Below, piece after piece: positions 50,701 to 62,700 of a stretch of 64,000 nt of DNA. A program made the position numbers and the translations under genes. The notes below the pieces were generated by a model that saw only the letters and a program-made list of their open reading frames with translations, had not been told where the DNA came from and did not search any database. Numbering within the stretch: position 1 is the stretch's first letter; each line of letters starts with the position of its first letter. The DNA is from Perna viridis (lineage: Eukaryota), in contig CM074512.1 in assembly GCA_037379345.1 (NCBI GenBank), positions 1,364,001 to 1,428,000 of the forward strand, written 5' to 3'.

Positions 50701-53700
50701 AATCACACAACAGATGGACATACTGCTCACATTACAATTGATCAATTACACAACAGATGGACATACTGCTCACATAATATCTGATCAATCACACAACAAA
50801 TGGAAATACTGATCAAACACACAATGGATGGACATTGAGAATCCAATACCCCTGAGAGTGCAAAACAGAGAAATCTTAAGAGATTTTCAGTTCTCTAACC
50901 AGCATTTGCCGAGTTATCTTACTAAAGGATGTCTGAGATTTCATAGTCTTGCATTTTCTTGTGGTGTTTGTTTTTTTTGCACTTAAAGGTTTTATTATTA
51001 TTGAGCCAATTCAGAATGCCCTGTTTGCAAAAATTCCATAGAAATTGCAAGATGTCATAAAACGTTTTACTGTTATGTCATAAACATAACATGTTTTATC
51101 TCACCCACAAATGAGATAAGGACATCTTATATGGCTAAATACAATAACTTCCTTGTCCCTTTAGTGAGAAATACTAAGCACTTTATAATTAGTCAGACAC
51201 TTACCTCACAGCCAGATGTGACCCCAATTAATCTATCACAGATCTCTCTTGTTTCTTCCATTTCACCACTCAGAGGTTTTACATAGACAGCCTCCCCTTG
51301 ATTGAAATATATTCTTATCCTAAAACAAAAAAAAACGATATAGCATGATAGTGTCTTAACAGCACGTGTACAGTCAAACCTATCTCCTCAGACATTGCTG
51401 AATACAGGTTTACTTCCAGTAAAACTTGTAGCTTTAGAGGTCAAGCCACCAAATTAGACATTGCCTTTAATGGGACTAATACTCCTGAAGCCTGTTGAAC
51501 CCTGTACATTTAGAAAACAATGTGGACACATGATTCATATTGGACATAATTAAGTGGTGAATAGACTAAGCATTTTTGACACACACATTTCCTGCCGTTT
51601 CTAGAACACCAATTAGTACTATTTTTCTGTTGTTGACAGCACACAATGACAGAATATGACTTCACTTTAAACATAAATTTTGGACAATATGCACTTCCCA
51701 ATGTGGTAATTTAACACCACATTAAATTTCATACTAATCCTGAAAGTTGCTAAGGAAGAGTTGAGTACAACACAAGACCATAAATTCCCTACAATATGCA
51801 CATCCCAATATGGTAATCTAATACCCAATCCTGCAAGTTGTTGTGGAAGAGTTATGGATAATATACTGATATGGCGTATATTTCACACCCCAATTTGGTA
51901 ATTTTACACAACATTAAATTTCATACCAATCCTGCAAATCATTGAGGAGGAGTTGTGAACAATGCATTTTTTTTGTTGTTTTGCTGAAAAATGCCCAAAT
52001 ACAACAGCCATTATTTCTACAATTTTCATCCAAATAAAAATTCTTGACAGTATGTACATCTCCATGTGATCAACATGTAAAACATCCCATCAAGTTTATA
52101 ATAATGCTACAAGATATTTAGAAAATAGTTTAGACAGTGTGAAATCTATGTAGCCCCAAAACTTTGTTTGCAGGGGTAAAAAAAAAAAAAAAAACAGAAA
52201 ATACTTATCCTGCCCTGCAGCATGAACCCAGCACAAAAACACAAGAGTAAATACTTACCCTGTGGCTTGAGAGGTCCAGTCCTAAAAACCAGTATATACT
52301 GTAACGATTGGGCTACAGATAGCTATATTAACCAGTACCTGCAGGCTGGCAAGCTTTTATTATTCATGTATGCTGATATTATTGTCAGTCACGTGTTGAC
52401 ATAAACATTTCTCTATTGTTGTTTGTTGTATTTATTGTATTGTATGCTATTGCCGGGAAAGCCGTTTAGGGTATGGTTCATCCTCATAGTTTCCCAGTCT
52501 GCTTTAGTTCAGCCTAATTCCTATTTCATGACCCCTTCAGATTTATCCTCATAATAGCGTTAAGGGATATATTGTTACCCTTTTACTTACTCGTATATGT
52601 TAAGGCCCTTTACCCCGTTCATAGTAGTAGATATCTAGTTATCTACATTTGGCTCCATTATCCAGTTTCTGGAAGTGAACTCCACAGTGCGACACCCTGT
52701 AATTGGGGGAATGTTTATTCGTCCAATCAATGGCGCGCCACAGCACCACAGTGGAGATGTGGAGTCTGATATAAATTACACGTACGCAGACAACAATTCA
52801 GATTCGGTGACCAAGGAACCATACCGTGCATTTTCTGTACAAGTTATTAAAACCAAACCTGTTGGATTTTATCTGTACCAGTAAGCACCCCAGTGGATAC
52901 CTAGTTTAGTTGTACACCTACTAATTTACATACATTATTGATTTATGACGTAGTGACCCGACATGACCTGAATACCAGACCTAAATATTTACTTTGCTAC
53001 TACTATGAACTCCGAATCCCATTCCCGTCATACATACATTTAAGGGGGGTCCTTGGATTATTCAAGTGTGTGTTTATTGTATGAAAATTGCTTTATTATT
53101 GATATTCATGTATCAATAAATTGTTATTTATTTAAGTTTCTCTTACTTAGACTAGACAAAACAGTGCCTCATATATATTAAACAAATCAGTGCCATATCA
53201 TGCTCGGCCACACTTAACCTGATACCAAGGTTACCTTTGCAACCAGAAAAATAAATAAAACCAGTGTTTTGGGTGACCCCCACCCAAACGTGACAATATT
53301 TACCCTAAAGCTTAAGAGGTCAAGCCCCCAAAAAACAGAAAATACTTACCATGTAGCCTAAGAGATCCAGAGCCAAACAAACCAGTAAATACTTACCCTG
53401 TAGCCTGAGAGATCCAGAGCCAAAAAACCCAGTAAATACTTAACCATGTAGCCTAAGAGATCCAGAGCCAAAAAACCCAGTAAATACTTACCCTGTAGCC
53501 TGAGAGGTCCAGAGCCAAAAAACCCAGTAAATACTTACCCTGTAGTCTGAGAGGTCCAGAGCCAAAAAACCCAGTAAATACTTACCCTGTAGTCTGAGAG
53601 GTCCAGAGCCAAAAAACCCAGTAAATACTTACCCTGTAGCCTAAGAGATCCAGAGCCAAAAAACCCAGTAAATACTTACCCTGTAGCCTGAGAGGTCCAG

Positions 53701-56700
53701 AGCCAAAAAACCCAGTAAATACTTACCCTGTAGCCTGAGGATCCAGAGCCAAAAAACCCAGTAAATACTTACCCTGTAGTCTGAGAGGTCCAGAGCCAAA
53801 AAACCCAGTAAATACTTACCCTGTAGTCTGAGAGGTCCAGAGTAAAAAAACCCAGTAAATACTTACCCTGTAGCCTGAGGATCCAGAGCCAAAAAACCCA
53901 GTAAATACTTACCCTGTAGCCTGAGAGGTCCAGAGCCAAAAAACCCAGTAAATACTTACCCTGTAGCCTGAGAGGTCCAGAGCCAAAAAACCCAGTAAAT
54001 ACTTACCCTGTAGCCTGAGGATCCAGAGCCAAAAAACCCAGTAAATACTTACCCTGTAGTCTGAGAGGTCCACAGCCAAAAAACCCAGTAAATACTTACC
54101 CTGTAGCCTGAGAGGTCCAGCCTATTACAGCACCACAGTGAACAGTGAAAATAACTTCACCAGAAACCTCCTCAATAACAACTAAAACTTCAGAAGAGAT
54201 TCCCAGGAAACCATCTACTGATGTCGCTAATCCATAATCCTCAACCTGGAATATAGCATAACCCTTACATTTTAGTTTTTTATCAAGTTCACTGTAAGTA
54301 AAACTACATGGAGTAATTGAAAAATGATTACTTAGTATTCAATACATTAAGTTTGTTCTATAGAACTAGAGGCTCTAAAGAACAAACTTAAGCGCTCACC
54401 TGGAAAATTTGAAATCATGTGGTCATATCATTTGATCATTTAAAAAAAAGTTTAAAGAGTTCCCTATTCTACATCATTCCTGTCATCTACTGAACCATCT
54501 GAAACACGTAAAGGAAGAAATATCAGCCAAAATGTGTTTCTCCATAGGGTTTCAATAATAGTAACTTTAGAGTGGCCACATACACCCCTTAGCCACCTGA
54601 GCCTCACAAAAAGTGGATTGTTTGTATTTGTAGAGGGCATTGAGATCATTAAGATTCAAAACACTTTCAGAGAAGCTGATCTTTGAAAATTGGCCAATCA
54701 GAAGCTTAAATAAAATAGCCTCTGGTGGCCATCGTGTTTAATCAAGTAGAACAAAAACACATGTTTAAGTTGTCCCTTTCTAACAAGTTTGGTCACCACT
54801 GACTATGCGTAGGCCAAAATGTGTTTCCAATAGAATTTCAATGACAACTTTGAGTGGCTGAAGCCACCCGCTGAGCCATCTGAGCCACACAAAAAGTGGA
54901 TCCTTTGTAGGGGATATTGAGGTTAATAACTAAGAAGTTTCAAAACATTGGCACTTATTGATTCAGAGGAGTTGATTTTAGAAAACAGTGATCAGAAGCT
55001 TAGATAGCCTCTGGAAGCCATCTTGTTTAACAAAATAGAACCAATAGTGGGTATTTGTAGAACCTCTTGCAAACATCATTTCTGCCAAGTTTGATAAAAA
55101 TTGGTCACGGGGTTTTCATGTAATTGAGCAGAATGTGAAGTTTATGGATGACAGACAACAGAAGAAAAGTGATGATATAAGCTCAGTGAGACATTTGGTC
55201 CAGGTGCTAAAAATAATGCTGGTGGAAACCGACATCATAAAAAAAGTCTCCTGCTATTCCAGAAAAAAAATTCTCCCCACCCGATCTTATTATATTCATT
55301 TACATGATTTAATAACTTAAACAATGGCAAAGCAGCCATGTTTTTTTCGTGAATAAAAGTCATTTTGTGCAGGATACCCTAAGGAACAATCATACCAACT
55401 TTCATCTAATTCTGTACAATAGTTTCTGAGGAGAAGATTTTGAAAGTAGTAACATCAAAAACAGCAAAAAATGTCCAAAAAGGGGAATAACTCCAACATA
55501 GGTCCACAGATTTTCACTAAAATTAAGCCACAGACAGATCTTGTCATACTGAACAATTGAACCAAATTAAAATTTGGTTTTGGAGATATATGCAAAAAAC
55601 TGCTGCCTGACCCCTATGTTCTTTTTTTTAGCAATGGTGGCTATGTTTTTTCATGTATCAAAAATCCAAACAGTCATTTTGTGCAGGATTCCCGAAGAAA
55701 CAATCATGCTAAGTTTCAACCGAATCCATTTACTTCTTTCAGAGGAGATGTTTAAAAAATTGTTAATAACGACAATGGATGCCAAATGAGCTAAATTTTA
55801 ACCCTGACCTTAACTTTGGTCTATGAAATTAAATATATATAGTGTTCCAGATTGTCATAAGGACTATATACTACATGCGGCATCTTTGACCTAAATAAAT
55901 TGAAAAATATTGATTTAAGTGTGTTTACAAAGATATTATGGAAGGATGGAAGAAAAAAGTCAGACCTTAGTGTAAGTATCTGAACTTCCTTGGTGTAACA
56001 ATACCTGAACATTCCATATTGTGGTTCCTAATGAAAACAGATCAGGGATGACTTTCTGTTTTGTTTTTTCCTTCTTCCTTACACTTCCCAAACCAAATTT
56101 ACCTAAAAATATAGCAAAACAAATACTTTATCTCATTCTAATGATAAGAATACTTGGTCATACTTGTATGTCTTGTGTACAATACACAATTTAAAAGCAG
56201 GTCTGTATCAATTTTCACTATATTGAATCAAATATGAAACCAGCTAAAAAGAACTGTAAAGTCATAATTTGTTGTTGTTTATATCATTACCAATAATTTG
56301 AGTTAAAATTGTATTAAATATAAGTCTCAAATTATTAATTTTCAATATAAGCAAATCATTTACAAATATTGCAAAAATTTAAGAGACTGTCCATGTAGAA
56401 ACCAGTCAAATTCTATAATATGGGTACCACAGAGTTACCATAAATTGTATCATACAGTTGTTTTCGTTCTAATGTAATGTTGAACTTATTATGATATCAG
56501 AGTGAACAGGGATTTTCCCGTATCAAAAGTGGATGATTGACACTCTCTTAAAATTGCAGCTCACTACAATATACAAAGTTTGCAATAAGTAAAATAGTTA
56601 TATGTGCAACCTAAAAAGAAGGATACCACCTGCTTAGATTATCTCTACAGGAATAAAGTTATGCCCAGAAAGATTTATTATAGGTCAATGGTATAGAGTT

Positions 56701-59700
56701 GCTGATTTATGTTTTATTTGCATTGATTGTCCACTTACTAAGTTTGGAACTACTATCCAGTGTTGTAGAGGTCACATGGTTTGTAGCTAGATCTCTAAGG
56801 TACTCCGTTCTTGTTCTTGTTGCCATTGCTTTGAATTTATCTGCTCTATGGGCAGCATTTTCTGCATTTATTACTAAACAAATGAAAAAAAAATGACACC
56901 TTTTACAGTTTTGTAAGTCTGAACATGCTCTTGTTTGTTAGTTCATACAATTAATCCATGATAATGAAATATCAGTGGTTTTTATCTGAACAAAAGCTGA
57001 CATTCCAAAGAGATCTCCTAAAAAAAATAAGAACAGAATATCTATTCCATATCCGGGAGTTTAATTTATATAATGTCAACTGCATATCTAATACATTAAA
57101 CCATGTCGAACCTATTGAAATACAAAGACTGATCTGCATTTTATTTACTTCCAGGATCTCAAAATCTGCATCACAATGCAAAATCTTTTATTTTATGCTT
57201 TTCTTAACTTTTCAAACATGTAGAATTAGATATTGATCATGTTTATCAGTATAGATATTGATCATCTTTATCGGTATAGATATTGATCATGTTTATCAGT
57301 ATAGATATTGATCATCTTTATCGGTATAGATATTGATCATGTATATTGGTATAGATATTGATCATCTTTATTGGTATAGATATCGATCATCTTTATCGGT
57401 ATAGATATCGATCATCTTTATCGGTATAGATATTGATCATGTTTATCAGTATAGATATTGATCATGTTTATCAGTATAGATATTGATCATGTTTAGCAGT
57501 ATTTTTAAACAAAAAGATGTTTTGCTTTTGACACTGAACTCAAGGCTTTGTTAATGATGAATCTCCATACATTTAAATGGTAGACGATGACCCATTCTCA
57601 TGAACCCAATGAGTCATATGACAAGACTTACATACCATATAAGCAGAGAAAAATATGAACATTAAAAAAAAAATTCAACAAACTACTGCATTGCCATTGT
57701 TACACAGTTTCTGTCCATAAATTATGATCCTACCTTTAGCCATAAGGAAATCTGCAAATTCTGAGGACTTTGGAAACATTACATTATCTGGTATGTGAGG
57801 TCCAAAGGCAGGAACATCTTTAGATCTACTGACTGATACACTGAAATAATAAACTATACTTAGATCTCCTGACTGAAGACAACAGGATCATATTTGTAGA
57901 CAATATCATATGGCTTTTATAATTTAATAAGGACTAAGTATGGTTATAATACATATACAGAAAACTTATGTGTTCTATATATATAGTATTAAACAGTACA
58001 GTTATCATGACTGACTGATAAAGTGGAATACATGTAGTTACAGTACAGTTATCATGACTGACTGATAAAGTGGATTACATGTAGTTACTGTACAGTTATC
58101 ATGACTGATAAAGTGGAATACATGTAGTTACAGTAGATTTACAATTATTGACTGATAAATTGGAATACATGTAGTTACAGTACAGTTATCATGACTGACT
58201 GATAAAGTGGAATATATGTATTTACAGTACGGTTACAATTATTGACTGATAAAATGGAACACATGTAGTTATAGTAGAGTTATTATGACTGACTGACAAG
58301 TAAAACATACCTGTAATGACAGCTGTTAGAACATGGATTATGTACTCGAACAACAATGAAAACATGCTGGAACTGTGATCTCATGGTTTTTGGACTGAAT
58401 GGTTTTGCTCCTGGCTCTTGGAAGACTACTGTTACAATGTCGTTACCTATATGACGCTTCCTTAAAAGCTAGAATAGATACCATTGTTTATAAATAACAC
58501 TTGTTTATAAACATGCATGACTGTATTAAAACTTACAAAATAACTCCTGGCAGTACTTAAACTATACTGAAAGGCTAGATCTTTATATTGAGAAGCAACA
58601 GGAGCTTGTATGTTATACTAAGGATGTGTCTGACAAAACTGTATTACACTCCCACAACATCAAAGAAAAGTGACAGAAATCTAGAAATACTTTGGGTAAG
58701 GTAGAAAAGAGAAGATACCCCCTAACTTCAAATGGACATAATTGCTAAAACTTAAGTTGGATTTTCTACCTTTAGAGAAATTGGACAACAATTATATTCC
58801 TTAATGCATTTCTACATAGGATACCTAACCTTTCTATAAATTTCACCAAAATCCCTTGAGTGGTTTAGAAGTTGTATTACAGGTGTTTTAATGTGTAAAA
58901 TCCTTAAGCCAAATAATCTCTTTTGGAGGTTTATTCTTTCAAGCACATTTACATATGATGCCTAACCATCCTGTAAAATTTGCAAGTTTGCAGGTACAAA
59001 TACACATCTATAACTGAGAGGGATCTGAGAATTAATGGTTGTCATCACAGAAGAGATTGGTATCAATCATTTTTACCATAAACTTTATTGGTAGTCTTAC
59101 CTGCTGTGTATTATTAGCGGTGTATGGGAGAAGTGTTGACACATGAAACATAATTTCACAGTTATTAAATGTTGTGTAGTAAGAATGAGTTCCAGTTGAG
59201 TCACCTGAAAAACATTACCATCAGACTGTTAACCCTAACTCAATTTACAAACAGTTCTTTTTGATTAAATAATTTGGAAGTCACCATAGTAGAGCATGTA
59301 TAATTTATGATAACAGTAACAACAAAATTACCAAACACTAATACAATCCATCAAGTCAAGCCCAAAATAAATATGACAAAATAAATTCACATTACCGGAG
59401 AAGCTGGTACCGCAATGGTCCTGACTTGGTGCAGGCATTTCAAATCAAATGGTGGGTTAAATCTAAGTTTTACAGCACACCAAACCTTCCTCTATGCATT
59501 GTGGTGTGAATACACCTGTGTGATTAACACTTTCAACCCTGAATTAGTAGTTTTGTGAATTTTAAGTGCTGAGTTAATCATTCATGCGGTCTTACACATT
59601 CTTACACTTTCAACCCTGAAATAATATTTTTCCTGAACTTTCAGAGCGAAGTTTTATCATTGCATGCGGTCGCCAGGGCCGGAATTAATTTGACATGTTG

Positions 59701-62700
59701 AACAAAGAAAAGTCGCTTCAGAGAATTAATTCAAAATGCATCTAACGAGAAGGAGTTAAGATGTGCCATTTTGCAAAAATAACAATTGCTATGCTGGCTA
59801 AATGAAACTCTACTTTATGATTATTGTAATTGACAAAAACACAGAAAAAAAACAAGTATCTGTGATAATATTGAAAGTTTTGGTAGGTATTCTGTGTCTG
59901 TGATTAATCCATAAATTTAATCCACTACTATTACAAAGGAAAAGGATTAATATCAATTAACTTTCAAAATCAAATGGTTCACTTATCTGATGGCATTTTC
60001 TACAAGTACTTAGAACTTGCTCTAGCATAGTGAATAAACTGTGAAATATTCACACCATATGCAGGAGATGAAGGTATACTGCTCTACAGGTAAGGAAAAT
60101 TTACATAATTTTAAAATTGAAGTTGTCACTTTTATCATAAATCTTAGCACTGAGATGACCACTGTTGTCAAATTTGAGATGTAGGTCCAAAAACAATGCT
60201 GAACAAGCTGTTTCTGTATTCTCCTTTATCTCAAGCTATAGTGGATATATTGAAGGTAACCATATACCAAAAGAAGGGTTGTTAATAGACAATACGTCAT
60301 CAATATATCTCTGTAAAAGTAAAGGATTTAGCATCTTTTATATTTTTATTCTTTACAAGATTCTTTGTATGGATTCTAAGATGATGATCCAGCTATATAC
60401 CTTTCTTTGTATGGATTCTTATGAAGTTTGGGAATCCAATACAAGTAAGGCAAGTCCTAACATTTTGTTTCAATGTTGAGAGAAGACAAGAAGTACTTTC
60501 AGTTGTTTAGGATTTCATCTTTGTCAGGATCCTTGTGAGGACAGGCTTTCAATTTATCATTGAATAATGATGACATGACCAGAAGGATTGAAATTTAATA
60601 GAGAAGAAGCACAGTCACAAGACATAGGAGACTTCAAGTAATCCTCAATGTTTAGATCCTGTCTTTTTATGGTTGAAAATTCTACTACTTATTGTTTTAG
60701 TATAGCTGTAGGAGACACATTAACAGTATTATGAAATACATTAGTTTGGATAATTGGATGAGAAAATGTATAAAAACTTATCCAGCTGTCTAATTTCAGT
60801 CAATTGGTTTTGCAACTTTACCAGTTGAATTGGAGTATTTCCATAATAATATTTTCCAGAAATCCACCTTTACTTACTTTTATTATCAAGTTGTGCTCGA
60901 TATTTCTCAAATCCTTTCAATCTAACCTTTTCCCCAATACACTTCAAAAACTCATCAAAAGCTGGACTAGAATTTTCTAAAATACGCAAATGAATAAAAT
61001 TAAAACCTATGATCATGTTTACCTTATCAACATAAATTTTTGACATTCTTTTTCTTTCCCTCAGTACATTACAGCTAATTTCTGTTGGTAATGAACTTAA
61101 GTAGACAAATAAAACATATCAACACATCTTCTAGTCTATCTTATAAGGTACATGTGTATAAAGCCACTTACCATTATTATACATGTCTTCCTCAGAAGAC
61201 TGTCCAGATCTACACAACAGTATGCCAACTTTATGCGTACTATACAACTGAAAAAAAAAAATCTATGAGCAACAGCTCACCAGTGATGCCCCCACTTTCA
61301 ATAACAATACATTATAAGGAAAATAAACAAAGTCTTCGGTAAACAGGAAGTTGTTGCCAATTTTTTTTCGAAAATGGATCACACCATATGGCATATGAGT
61401 AAAACAGTTTTCCCCCACTCCTTTGGAGCAGGGGCATGAAAACTATGAAATCAGAATATAAAAATATATCTGTGAGCTACAGCTGTCTGAGCACTAACTA
61501 GCTTTCCTCCAATTAGGCCCTAAATCAACAAATGTTATAGATTAGTTATTTGTAAGCTTAATATGGAACCAAAGTTAAACACAAATATCACTGTTTGGTC
61601 ATTATGTCTGTAAACTGTAGTTGCTGAGAAAAGTGTGAAAAAAAATTGCCATTTACATAAGTAGACTAAGTAAATAAACAGGAAGTGCCACAGAGTTTTA
61701 TGTGTCTACAATGTAATATAACAACATATTGTACCACACTTACCCCTTGTTCATCTAATTTAAGTAATTGTTCAAGAGTTTTTGGTGTCCCAGTTCCTAA
61801 CTTAAGACATGAAATTTGAAGCTGGGGTAACAGGAATTCTAAAATGTCCTTGACTTGACCGGTCCTTGAACTGCTGAGGCGCCCACTTGTTGTAGGAATG
61901 GCCTCCTCTAAAATGGCACCTCTTAACGTTGTAAGCTGAAAGAACAGTGACTTTAGTAAGCAAGGTCTAAACCCATTGTTTTCGTAAATCTGTTTAAATA
62001 AAATTTATTATATAGATAGCAGTATTTTATCGAATTTTCCCAGTTAAATAAATTTCAATAATTCACACTTCCAAATAAATTCGGTATTTGCACTCTCAGA
62101 TTTTCTCCCAACAAAATGTCACAACTTTGAAATCAATCGGCCGTTCACAAAAGTTTAAATTTATGTTGAAAATAGCAAGGAATAATCAAGGAAATCTATA
62201 TAATAAATAGGATATTAAATTGGTTATTGTGAATGACCAAAACATGACCACTCATGCCAAGAACGCAGTAAGATTTAATTCGTGCTTGGAACAGGTTCCG
62301 CACACTCGTTAAATCTAGGCATTCTTCTGCACTTGTGATCATATTTTGGTTTTTCACTCCTTCCAATTAATTATCACATTAATATTGGTAGATCAAAATT
62401 CTTGTCAAAGAATTTAATTTTTCTTCTTTTGTAAATTAAGACATTGTTTGGTCATTATGCAATACATTTAATAAATTTATCAAGAAAGCTGTTAAACAGC
62501 TGCCAAGTGTACGTCTATTATGTGAAAGTTATCAGAAGAAGACAATGCTGGCAGCTATGAAAGTTATCAGAGAAGATAATGCTAGTAGCTATGAAAAATA
62601 CATCAGAATACGAACTATTACCTCACTAGTTCTAAAAATAATTCTGTGCTGATACTGTCCATATTCTGCTCTCCCTAATTTATTTTCTCGATCCTCTAAC

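Noticed and set aside
52190-54121. CRISPR-like appearance of regular arrays (also 5465-6410, 50200-50835, 63383-64000)
   Set aside because: Head-to-tail units with no unique spacers, no cas genes, eukaryotic context.
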